64,000 nucleotides of DNA from an uncultured Solirubrobacteraceae bacterium (GTDB lineage Bacteria > Actinomycetota > Thermoleophilia > Solirubrobacterales > Solirubrobacteraceae), in the NCBI GenBank assembly GCA_964588985.1, contig CAZPQW010000006.1:102184-166183 (forward strand), in the 5' to 3' direction. Both the position numbers and the translations under genes were made by a program. The notes beneath the pieces are model-generated. The model saw only the letters and a list, made by a program, of their open reading frames with translations, had not been told where the DNA came from and did not search any database. Shown piece by piece: positions 45,113-53,483 of the stretch (positions are counted from its first letter, which is position 1; the number at the start of each line of letters is the position of its first letter).

Positions 45113-46579
45113 TTATTCGAGGGGGCCCTGCGCTTTGCCCGATTTCGTCGATGGTTCTTCGCGGGTGCGCACTTCGAAGGAGCATCCTTCGGATGTGGCC
45201 GGAGCGAGGTGTTCGTCGCCGCGCCATGAGCTGCTGACGCTCCATACGCCGACTTGACTTGCCGTTACGACGCTCGTGTAGGCGCCTTCGGTGTCTGTTG
45301 ATGAAGGTTCGGAGGGAGGCGTACCGGAAGGCGCTTCGTAGACAACGGTGACAAGGGTTCCTGGAGCCGGCGTCGGTTTCACGATGCCGCTGACCGTCAC
45401 GGTTGAGCCGAGGATGACCGGGCTGGATGGGCAGCTGGAGGTGATTGTCGAAACAGAGGGTTTCGTGCTCGTTTCCGTGGGGGTTTTTTCGGTGGGGAGT
45501 TTCCCGGTTGGCGGTTTGGTGGTCGGACGATTGCGATGATGAGTGACTTCGATCAAGTGGCTGGCGCTGCCGAGGATTGCGCCTTCGCTGTTGGTGACCG
45601 TCACGATCGCTCTGTAGAGCCCTGGCCGGCGGTATACGTGCTTGGGGTTGGTGGCGGAGCTGCTGCGCCCGTCGCCGAACCACCAGAAGTAGGGGTCCGC
45701 TTTGGTGCTCGTGACGACCTTGAATTTGACCTGCTCGCCGGGACGCGGAAACTGAGGACTGGCTTCGATCGTGACCAAGGTTTTAGGAGGGGTCGATCCG
45801 CCTGAGCCGTTGACGATGGCGCCCGCTACGCCACCCAGGATGAGCAGGGATGCGGCAAGGACAGCGGCGATGCTCCGACTGTTGGGGATCTGCTTGAGCT
45901 GGCGCCAGCGTGACGAGTGGAGGTCCGCGCGCAGGGAGCGGCAGAAGACCTGGAGGTTGCGTTCGAGGAGAGTCTGCGCGTGCCTGTCGGGGGTCTGCTT
46001 CCGAATCTTGTGTGCGCGGGTGAGAAGGTGATCGGCGGCCGCTCGCTTGCCTGCGGCGAGATGCAGGATGCCGAGCTCGTGCAGCGCCCACGCCTTGCCG
46101 TCGTCATCTCTGATTTTCTCCGCGAGGCTGAATGCGAGGCGCAGCGAGGACAGCAGGTCTTTCCAGCGGGCCAGCAGGGCCAGTAGTTTCGCGAGCACTC
46201 GCGCCACCTGTATGGCGTCCGTCCAGCGTTCGTCGCGGTCGAGTCGCTGCAGCAGATCGAGTAGAAAGTTCGCCTCGTCGCCGATGGAAGCGAGGTCGCT
46301 ACGGCCTTCGGCGAAGTCGGTGAAGAGACGGAGTGAATGTTCCAGTCGGTCGGTGACTCCGGGTGCGTCCTCGGTCGGCTCGTCGGTTCCGTGGCCGATG
46401 TCGAGCTGTGCCGGTGGCTCCTCGGATGAGTGCTCGATCGCCTTTGCGAGAGCGCCCGGATCTCCCTGTGTGCCGTCGTCGGCGATCGCGGTTCCGGCTC
46501 TGTCGCCGATCACGAGGACAAAGCGGCCGAGCTCGACTCGCTTGGTGGCCGTGCCGGGGGAGGGCGACGTGTCGCTCAT
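45113..46579 (-). CDS. membrane protein: N-terminal TPR-like helical region, TM, PKD domain, Ig-like domain
   Basis: AWALHELGILHL...LTRAHKIR; TM IAAVLAASLLILGGVAGAIV; PKD WWFGDG..S...NPKHVY..PG.Y. Confidence 0.75.
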   Translation of the reverse strand: MSDTSPSPGTATKRVELGRFVLVIGDRAGTAIADDGTQGDPGALAKAIEHSSEEPPAQLDIGHGTDEPTEDAPGVTDRLEHSLRLFTDFAEGRSDLASIGDEANFLLDLLQRLDRDERWTDAIQVARVLAKLLALLARWKDLLSSLRLAFSLAEKIRDDDGKAWALHELGILHLAAGKRAAADHLLTRAHKIRKQTPDRHAQTLLERNLQVFCRSLRADLHSSRWRQLKQIPNSRSIAAVLAASLLILGGVAGAIVNGSGGSTPPKTLVTIEASPQFPRPGEQVKFKVVTSTKADPYFWWFGDGRSSSATNPKHVYRRPGLYRAIVTVTNSEGAILGSASHLIEVTHHRNRPTTKPPTGKLPTEKTPTETSTKPSVSTITSSCPSSPVILGSTVTVSGIVKPTPAPGTLVTVVYEAPSGTPPSEPSSTDTEGAYTSVVTASQVGVWSVSSSWRGDEHLAPATSEGCSFEVRTREEPSTKSGKAQGPLE

Positions 46580-46695
46580 CCCCAGAAATCCTAACAATCG
46601 GAATGGTGTGCTGCTGGCTGCTGGGCTGTGGGGCCTGTGCGCCACCTGATCCAGGACGATTGCGCGCGGTGCGAACCGGGTGCTACCATTTCGAT

Positions 46696-46956
46696 GTGGC
46701 CGCTCATAAGTTGTCTATCGCCCTTGAAGAGCCGGTGCTCCTAGCTGCTCGGCAGGCTGCACAGCGTCGGGGTATGAGCCTGTCGGCGTGGTTGAATCAG
46801 GCATCTGTGAACGCGTTGGCTGTTGAGGACGGCCTGGTCGGGGTCGCGGAATGGGAAGCCGAGCATGGACCCCCTTCTGCGGATGCGTTGGCTGCGGCCG
46901 ATGCGGTGCTTGACGCCGCGTCGATTGGCCGCGGACGTGAGCATCACGCGGCGTGA
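46696..46956 (+). CDS. ribbon-helix-helix antitoxin (VapB-like)
   Basis: KLSIAL...GMSLSAWL...EWEAEHGP; TACCAT -10 upstream; stop overlaps the toxin start. Confidence 0.8.
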   Translation: MAAHKLSIALEEPVLLAARQAAQRRGMSLSAWLNQASVNALAVEDGLVGVAEWEAEHGPPSADALAAADAVLDAASIGRGREHHAA

Positions 46957-47333
46957 ATGGGGTCACTTACGATGCGGGTGCGTTGATCGCAGCGGAACGC
47001 GGCTCAGCCTCCATGTGGCTACTGCACCGACGTTTGCTCGAGCGGCAGTTGCGTCCGACGCTATCGACGGTGGTGCTTGGCCAGGTGTGGCGAGGGGGGC
47101 CACAGGCGCAGCTCTCACGGCTGTTGCGGGGCTGTCGCATCCAAGCGCTCAGCGAGTTCGAGGCGCGGTCCGCCGGGGCGGCGCTCGCGGCGAGCGGAAG
47201 CAGTGACCTCGTCGACGCGGCCGTCGTCGTGACGGCGCTGGCGCGCGAAGATCTGATCGTCACCAGCGACCCAGATGACCTGCGTCGCCTCGCCTCAGCG
47301 ATCGGCCGCGACGTCTCAGTGCACGTCGTCTGA
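46953..47333 (+). CDS. vapC: PIN-domain toxin (VapC-like)
   Basis: YDAGALIA, QVWRGG, DLVDAAVV, VTSDPDDL. Confidence 0.85.
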   Translation: MNGVTYDAGALIAAERGSASMWLLHRRLLERQLRPTLSTVVLGQVWRGGPQAQLSRLLRGCRIQALSEFEARSAGAALAASGSSDLVDAAVVVTALAREDLIVTSDPDDLRRLASAIGRDVSVHVV

Positions 47334-47379
47334 CCATAGGTGCCGATTGGGGGGTACCACCACGAATCGCGCCGGGACT

Positions 47380-47530
47380 CTAGCGGCGGCGGACTTGAAC
47401 CTGCTGAAGTCTCCGGCCTCGGCGACCAGCCCGACCGCTGTCAGCGTGTCGATCCCGCACATGCAGCGCAGCCGGGCGATCAGCTCGCGGTGCGGGCCCT
47501 CGCTGGCGAGATGAGGCGCGAGCATGTCGC
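47380..47530 (-). pseudogene. IS110-family transposase fragment
   Basis: LIARLRCMCGIDTLTAVGLVAEAGDFSRF matches the IS110/IS116 C-terminal domain; truncated on both sides. Confidence 0.75.
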
Positions 47531-47566
47531 AAGGACACGCAGCCTTGCGTCCTTGCCTTCGAGCGG

Positions 47567-48649
47567 CTAGACGCCACCCTTTCTGCGGTTGTCCTCGCGG
47601 CACAGCATCTGGCAGTTGGCTGCGTTGGTCCTACCGCCTTCATGCCAGGGGGTGATGTGGTCGGCCTCCATCCCCTCTATCTCGAAGTGCTCGGCGCAGA
47701 GGGGACAGATGCCCTGTTGTCTCTCGTAGGCCTCGCGCTTCTGGTTGGCCGAGAAGGCGCGGATATTCAGGTGCTTCTCCTGCCCGGAAAGGACGTAGGA
47801 GTAGATGCCCTTTTTGGCGGTCACGTCCTCGTCCGCCATGAGCCGGGCGACGTTTTCCTCAAGCTCTTTGGAGTCCAGGGCCACGGTCCCGTACTCGTTG
47901 AAGAGCTCGCCCCACTCGACAGCCTTCATCTCTTTGCGATAGGTCGGGAAGGTCGCTTTGACCCACGCGATCACAGCCTGAAAATAGAGCCATAGCTCGT
48001 TGGCATTCGGGTCGCGCTGGTGGACCGCCATGTACTCCTCGACATCGCCACCGTTGATCCACTCGATGACCGTCTCTAGGTACTCCTGTCGGATGGCGTG
48101 GCCTGTGAGGTAGTTCCCGCCGATGACGTACGCGGGGCAGCCGGTCTTGCTGAAGTAGCGCTTCGCGTCGGAGACCCACGACCCGTGGTAGACCGCGTTG
48201 CGAAGCTCCTGGTTCGTCAGCTTCTCACCGGCGATGTTGATGGTCTTGAACCATTCGAGCTTCTCGCTGTCAGTTCCGCTGCATAGGTAGATCATGAGCT
48301 TGTAGTCCAGGATGCTCTGTTGCTCATCCGACTGAAGGTTGTGGAAGTAGCGCCCTTGGAAGGCGAAATCCCCCTCCACGTACTGACATATCGAGATGGT
48401 GCGTTGTTGCCCGTCGATGACCTCAAAGTCGCCATCCGCGCGCACCGCCCAGTACATGACATTGAGCGGGAAGTCCCGCATGATCGTGTTGACGACCGCG
48501 TCCCGCTGCTTATCCTTATAGATGAACTCACGCTGATACGGCGGGCGAATGTCGAGCTTGCCGCCGTACCCGACGACGCCGTCCTCATCGTTGTCCTGGT
48601 AGCCCTCCGCAAGGTCACGGACCTTCATGTCCTTGAGTTCGATCTTCAT
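47567..48649 (-). CDS. DUF262 (GmrS/ParB-like) plus HNH endonuclease
   Basis: YQREF, IDGQQR, FKTIN; C-terminal CPLC...DHITPW.EGG.T...NCQMLC..DN. Confidence 0.9.
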   Translation of the reverse strand: MKIELKDMKVRDLAEGYQDNDEDGVVGYGGKLDIRPPYQREFIYKDKQRDAVVNTIMRDFPLNVMYWAVRADGDFEVIDGQQRTISICQYVEGDFAFQGRYFHNLQSDEQQSILDYKLMIYLCSGTDSEKLEWFKTINIAGEKLTNQELRNAVYHGSWVSDAKRYFSKTGCPAYVIGGNYLTGHAIRQEYLETVIEWINGGDVEEYMAVHQRDPNANELWLYFQAVIAWVKATFPTYRKEMKAVEWGELFNEYGTVALDSKELEENVARLMADEDVTAKKGIYSYVLSGQEKHLNIRAFSANQKREAYERQQGICPLCAEHFEIEGMEADHITPWHEGGRTNAANCQMLCREDNRRKGGV

Positions 48650-49740
48650 GCTGACTGGTCCTTGCGGCGAATCAAGATGCGGGCGTAAGCCTTGACGAAG
48701 CACTCGTCTCCAACCTTGTAGTACGTTTTGTTGGGAGGTGGAGTGTCCACCTTGATGGCTGCCCCGTCGTTGAGCTTTGTCACGAAGCTCTCTTTCCCGT
48801 CTGCGTCGACTTGGACCTGTCGGGGATAGATCTTGGATGCGCCTCCGAACCAAGACTGAGTCATCCCGACGATCTCGAACTGGTCGGGGTTGTGCTTGTC
48901 GAGGAACGTGAGAGGTACGCCCATTGTCCCGTCGTAGTCCATAGGGATGTCGACGACCTTTGAGACCTCGATGGCATCGTAGTTGTCGTAGGACGGGTAG
49001 TCATCCGGGCTGTATTGCTTGTAGAGGATGAGTTCCTCGTGGCGCTTAGAGATATCGAGGTTGGTGGCCCAGCAGGCGTTGCCCAAGCTCCGCCACTTCT
49101 GGCCGTTCTCGTCGACCCAGAAGCGTGTGGCTCGCGGCGGGTAGTAATCGGGGACCTTGAACCGCATGTCGCCGTTGTTGTAGCCCAGCCAGAGCTTGTC
49201 GTTTTGGATCAGAGGGAAGATCTCCTTGTAGCTGATCGCGTTCTGGTTGCCGACAATGAGGAACTTCTTGTCGTGCTCGATCAGCTGTGACACGAACTCG
49301 CGGAAAAGGGAGAAGGGTGGGTTCGTCACCACGATGTCCGCCTGCTTGAGCAGTTCGATGCTCTCCGCGCTTCGGAAGTCCCCGTCGCCCTTTAGCGGCT
49401 GGACGGCGATGTCCTCGGGATCGGGAACATTGTTGTTGCTGCTGTCCCCGTCGTATTCGAGGTAGATCGCCTCCTCGGAGTCGTTCCGGCTGAAGAGGTC
49501 GGGACGTTGGCTCTTGTAGCACGTCGCGATGAGCTTCTTCAGTCGCAGCTTCTCGAAGTTGTAGGAGAAGTAATGGAAGAAGTTGCTCACACGGGGGTCG
49601 TCACAGCTGCAATAGACGACCTTGTTCTTGAAGTGGGACTTGTAGTGGCGCAGCTCCCGCTCGATGTCCGTTAGCTGCGTGTAGAACTCGTCCTCCTTCG
49701 CTTTTCTGGCATCCCCCAGATTGCGGTTCGCAGCAGCCAT
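48646..49740 (-). CDS. adenine-specific DNA methyltransferase, EcoRI family
   Basis: DEFYT, GDGDFRS.E, DIVVTNPPFSLFREF, MGVP.TFL.K.NPDQF, YARILI. Confidence 0.9.
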   Translation of the reverse strand: MAAANRNLGDARKAKEDEFYTQLTDIERELRHYKSHFKNKVVYCSCDDPRVSNFFHYFSYNFEKLRLKKLIATCYKSQRPDLFSRNDSEEAIYLEYDGDSSNNNVPDPEDIAVQPLKGDGDFRSAESIELLKQADIVVTNPPFSLFREFVSQLIEHDKKFLIVGNQNAISYKEIFPLIQNDKLWLGYNNGDMRFKVPDYYPPRATRFWVDENGQKWRSLGNACWATNLDISKRHEELILYKQYSPDDYPSYDNYDAIEVSKVVDIPMDYDGTMGVPLTFLDKHNPDQFEIVGMTQSWFGGASKIYPRQVQVDADGKESFVTKLNDGAAIKVDTPPPNKTYYKVGDECFVKAYARILIRRKDQSA

Positions 49741-49862
49741 GTTCAGTTCTCGCGGCGAAGCGCGTCGAGTATGGCTTCCATCCGAGCCGACTCTAGCGGC
49801 CTACAAGGACCTCACGTAGTGATGGGACGGCCCATGCCTCGACCAATGCGGAGTTGACCGAC

Positions 49863-49903
49863 CCCGCCGGGGCCGCGATGAGGACCACGCCAGCCCCGGC
49901 GGG
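49863..49903. other. GC-rich hairpin in the islet spacer
   Basis: CCCGCCGGGGC ... GCCCCGGCGGG. Confidence 0.5.
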
Positions 49904-50033
49904 TGAGGGTCATCCAGGGGTGTGCCTTCCCCCGCCCAAGCAAGTCCGGCGCCAGTCTCGTTGAAGACGGATGTGCAAGCTAGTGATAGTCGCCCGTTAG
50001 ACGCAAAGCCCCGCCTGGGCTGGCCTTTTGCGA

Positions 50034-50107
50034 TGCCGGAGGAGGGACTCGAACCCCCGACACGCGGATTATGATTCCGCTGCTCTAACCAGCTGAGCTA
50101 CTCCGGC
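50034..50107 (-). tRNA. tRNA-Met (CAT), elongator-type; CCA not encoded
   Basis: GCCGGAG-TAGCTCAGCTGGTTAGAGC-AGCGGAATCATAATCCGC-GTGTC-GGGGGTTCGAGTCCCTC-CTCCGGCA cloverleaf. Confidence 0.95.
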
Positions 50108-50152
50108 CCGGATGACGCAGGAGTGTAGCCGCCCGGCTAGCCTGAGAGGCGT

Positions 50153-51082
50153 ATGACCGCTCCGACCCTGCTCGCGATCCCCAACGTGTCCGAGGGCCGC
50201 GACCCCGAGACGATCGCCGCGATCGGCGCCGCGTTCGCCTCCGACGCCCACGACGCCCAGGTCCGCCTGCTCGACACGCACTCCGACGCGGACCACCACC
50301 GCTCGGTCTTCACGCTCGCCGGACGCCCAAGCGCCCTCGCGGAGGCGCTCATCCAAGGCATAGCCGCCGCAACAGCCAGCATCGACGTGGTGAGCCGCGC
50401 GGGCGAGGCGGCCGCCCAGATCGGCCAGCACCCGCACGTGGGTGCGGTCGACGTGGTCCCGATCGTCTATCTAAATCCTGACGCGCGCGGGGCAGCGTGC
50501 GCCGAGGCGATCGTCGTGGCCGACAGGATCGGCAACGAGCTCGAAATCCCGGTCTGCCTGTACGGCGAGCTCACGAGCGAGGACCCGCTCGCACCGGGCC
50601 GCACGCGCGCCGACCTGCGCCGTGGAGGCGTGCTCGGCCTCGCCGAGCGCATGGCTGCCCCGCACACCCACCTGAAGCCCGACTTCGGCCCGCCGCGGAT
50701 GCACCCCACAGCCGGGGCGACGCTCGTCGCCGCCCGCCCGCCGCTCGTCGCGTTCAACCTGCAGCTCGCCCCGTCCGCGACGCTCGCCGACGCCCGCGCT
50801 ATAGCGGCGCTCGTCCGCGAGGGCGGAACGCACGGACTCCCCGGCCTCAGAGCCATCGGCATCGAGCTGGCGGGCGGCGTGGCGCAGGTGTCGATGAACG
50901 TCGAGCGGCCGTTCGAGGTTCCGCTTGCGACGGTCCTCCGGGCGGTCGGGGCGCACGCGCGCATAGCGAGCGCGGAGCTCGTCGGGCTTGCGCCTGCCGC
51001 CGCGTTCGACGGGTTCCCGGGCGACGTGCCGATGCCGGGGTTCGACCCCGCACGCCACCTGATCGAGAACGCTTTAGGCTGA
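50153..51082 (+). CDS. ftcD: glutamate formimidoyltransferase
   Basis: PNVSEGRD, DADHHRSV.T, GQHPHVGAVDVVP, PDFGP, LVAFN, QVSMN. Confidence 0.92.
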   Translation: MTAPTLLAIPNVSEGRDPETIAAIGAAFASDAHDAQVRLLDTHSDADHHRSVFTLAGRPSALAEALIQGIAAATASIDVVSRAGEAAAQIGQHPHVGAVDVVPIVYLNPDARGAACAEAIVVADRIGNELEIPVCLYGELTSEDPLAPGRTRADLRRGGVLGLAERMAAPHTHLKPDFGPPRMHPTAGATLVAARPPLVAFNLQLAPSATLADARAIAALVREGGTHGLPGLRAIGIELAGGVAQVSMNVERPFEVPLATVLRAVGAHARIASAELVGLAPAAAFDGFPGDVPMPGFDPARHLIENALG

Positions 51083-51087
51083 TAGCC

Positions 51088-51468
51088 ATGGCACAGACGA
51101 AGCGCAAGCGAAACACCAAGCACCGCGGCAACGCCGCCGGCGTGGTCGAATCGCGCGGTCGCACAGGGCGCAAGCCAACCTCCGCGGAGAAGAGCGGCAA
51201 GGCGGGCGATGCGGCGAAGGCGAGGAAGGAACAGCTCCTCGACAAGCGCGACCGTCCGCCGACGTGGCGCGCGGCGTTCGTCAAGGCGATGGTCGCGGGC
51301 ATCGTGCTGATGCTGTTCATGACCGTCGTGCTCAACCAGTCCAGGAGCGCGCTCGGCCTGTTCCCGATCGTGATCGCGATGTACACGGTGATCAGCTACT
51401 ACACCGACAAGTGGGTCTTCGACCGCCGCCAGCGCAAGAAGGCCAAAGGTGGGGCGCCCGCGCGATGA
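51088..51468 (+). CDS. hypothetical membrane protein (basic N-terminus, 2 TM)
   Basis: MAQTKRKR...PPTWRAAF followed by two TM helices, YYTD. Confidence 0.8.
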   Translation: MAQTKRKRNTKHRGNAAGVVESRGRTGRKPTSAEKSGKAGDAAKARKEQLLDKRDRPPTWRAAFVKAMVAGIVLMLFMTVVLNQSRSALGLFPIVIAMYTVISYYTDKWVFDRRQRKKAKGGAPAR

Positions 51469-52148
51469 AGGGGCCTGACGTCCGCGCGTTCACCGTCGGG
51501 CCCGTGCAGGAGAACTGCTACATCGTGCGCGCCGACGAGCACGCGACGCGCGCGGTGATCGTCGACCCGGGCGATGAGCCCGAGCGGCTGCTCGCGGCGA
51601 TCGAGGCGCTGGGCGTGGAGATCGAGGCGATCCTCCTCACCCACTGCCACTTCGACCACATCGGCGCCGTCGCTCCGGTAGCGCGCGCGACGGGCGCTCC
51701 GGTGTACTGCCCGCAGATCGAGCGGCCGGTGCTCTCCGACGTGATGAGCTGGGTGCCGCCCGGCTTTGGTCCGTTCGAGAGCTACGAGGCGGACCACACG
51801 CTCGCGGGCGGCGAGCACCTCGAGCTGGCGGGACTGTCGATCGACGTGATCTTCACCCCCGGCCACAGCCCCGGACACCTCACCTACGCGGTGCCCGGAG
51901 CCGTGCTCTCCGGCGATGTGCTGTTCCAGGGCTCGGTCGGGCGGGTGGACCTCCCCGGCGGCGACTGGACGACGCTCGAGCGCTCGATCGAGACCCTGCT
52001 GAAGAGCTACCCCGAGGAGACGCTCGTCTACCCCGGGCACATGGGCGTCACCACGCTCGGGCGCGAGCGCGACACCAACCCTTTCCTCAGCGAGCTGCGC
52101 GTTCGCGTCCCGGTCGCGCCGGACTCGCCGCCGCCCCTCCAGCTTTGA
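51465..52148 (+). CDS. MBL-fold metallo-hydrolase (glyoxalase II-like)
   Basis: THCHFDHIG, TPGHSPG, SGDVLF, YPGH. Confidence 0.93.
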   Translation: MKGPDVRAFTVGPVQENCYIVRADEHATRAVIVDPGDEPERLLAAIEALGVEIEAILLTHCHFDHIGAVAPVARATGAPVYCPQIERPVLSDVMSWVPPGFGPFESYEADHTLAGGEHLELAGLSIDVIFTPGHSPGHLTYAVPGAVLSGDVLFQGSVGRVDLPGGDWTTLERSIETLLKSYPEETLVYPGHMGVTTLGRERDTNPFLSELRVRVPVAPDSPPPLQL

Positions 52149-53404
52149 GCGACTCCAAGGTCAAAGCGCCGCGCGGCACGTTCGACGTGCTCGGCGAGCA
52201 GGCCTCTCAGCGCGCGACGCTCGAGAGCCGCGCGCGAGCGCTGTTGGAGGGCGCCGGCTACGAGCGGATCGAGACGCCCACGTTCGAGGCCACAGAGCTG
52301 TTCGCGCGCGGGGTGGGCGAGTCGACGGACATCGTCAGCAAGGAGATGTTCACGTTCGAGGACGCCGGCGGGCGCTCGCTGACGCTGCGCCCCGAGGGCA
52401 CCGCGCCGGTGTGCAGGGCGTATGTGGAGCACGGCATGCACAAGCGACGCCAGCCGGTGAAGCTGTGGTACCTGTCGAGCTTCTTCCGCCACGAGCGCGC
52501 CCAGGCGGGCCGCTACCGGCAGTTCTGGCAGGTCGGGGCGGAGGCGCTCGGCTCCGAGGATCCCGCGGTGGACGCCGAGTCGATCGTGCTGCTCGCCACG
52601 CTGCTCGACGAGATGGGCGTCGCGGCGATCAGGCTGCGCCTGTCGAGCCTCGGCTCGATCGAGAGCCGCCACGCCTACCGCGAGCGGCTGCAGGCGCACC
52701 TGCGCGCCAACGAGGCGGACCTCTCGCCCGAGATCCGCGAGCGGATCGACCTCAACCCGCTGCGCGCGTTCGACTCCGACCACCCCGGCACGAAGCAGGT
52801 GATGGAGACCGCGCCGCGGCTGCTCGAGTTCCTCAGCGCCGATGACGCCGAGCACTTCGCGCACGTGCGCGAGCTGCTCGACGTCGCGGGGGTCGCCTAC
52901 GAGGTCGACTCGACGCTCGTGCGCGGCCTCGACTACTACACGCGCACGGTGTTCGAGTTCACCTCCGACGCGCTCGGCGCGCAGAGCGGCGTGGGCGGCG
53001 GCGGCCGCTACGACGGCCTCGTGCAGCAGCTCGGCGGCCCGCCCACCGCGGGCATCGGCTGGGCAGCCGGAGTCGAGCGGACCCTGCTCGCGGGCGACAC
53101 CCCACCGACGGCGCCCGCGCCGGTGGAGCTGTTCGTCGCGATCGAGTCTCCCTCGCCGCAGGCGCACACGGAGGCGTTCGGACTGCTCACCCAGGCACGC
53201 CGCGCGGGCCTGTCGGCGCAGATGGAGCTCGGCGGGCGCTCGCTCAAAGGCCAGCTCTCCAACGCCGCCGCGCTCAAGGCCCGCTACGTCGCCGTCGTCG
53301 GCGACGGGCAGACGACGCTCAGGGACGTGCAGGCGGGGGGGCAGGAGTCGCTCGCGACCGACGCCGTCGTGCACGCGGTCCTGCGCGGCCACAGCGACCT
53401 GTAG
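52145..53404 (+). CDS. hisS: histidine--tRNA ligase
   Basis: PRGT.D, LRPEGTA, FRHERAQAGRYRQF.Q, LVRGLDYY, GGGRYDGL; TTG start. Confidence 0.97.
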   Translation: MSDSKVKAPRGTFDVLGEQASQRATLESRARALLEGAGYERIETPTFEATELFARGVGESTDIVSKEMFTFEDAGGRSLTLRPEGTAPVCRAYVEHGMHKRRQPVKLWYLSSFFRHERAQAGRYRQFWQVGAEALGSEDPAVDAESIVLLATLLDEMGVAAIRLRLSSLGSIESRHAYRERLQAHLRANEADLSPEIRERIDLNPLRAFDSDHPGTKQVMETAPRLLEFLSADDAEHFAHVRELLDVAGVAYEVDSTLVRGLDYYTRTVFEFTSDALGAQSGVGGGGRYDGLVQQLGGPPTAGIGWAAGVERTLLAGDTPPTAPAPVELFVAIESPSPQAHTEAFGLLTQARRAGLSAQMELGGRSLKGQLSNAAALKARYVAVVGDGQTTLRDVQAGGQESLATDAVVHAVLRGHSDL

Positions 53405-53448
53405 AGCGGTTTCTGCGCCGTGCCGGCGTCCAACGCGGATCTCGTCGT

Positions 53449-53476
53449 TCAACTTCTTCGCCCAATCTGCCGACAA
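53449..53476 (+). promoter_or_regulatory. sigma-28-type promoter
   Basis: TCAA-N16-GCCGACAA; ATG 53484 follows after a 7-nt gap. Confidence 0.72.
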
Positions 53477-53483
53477 GGAGGCG

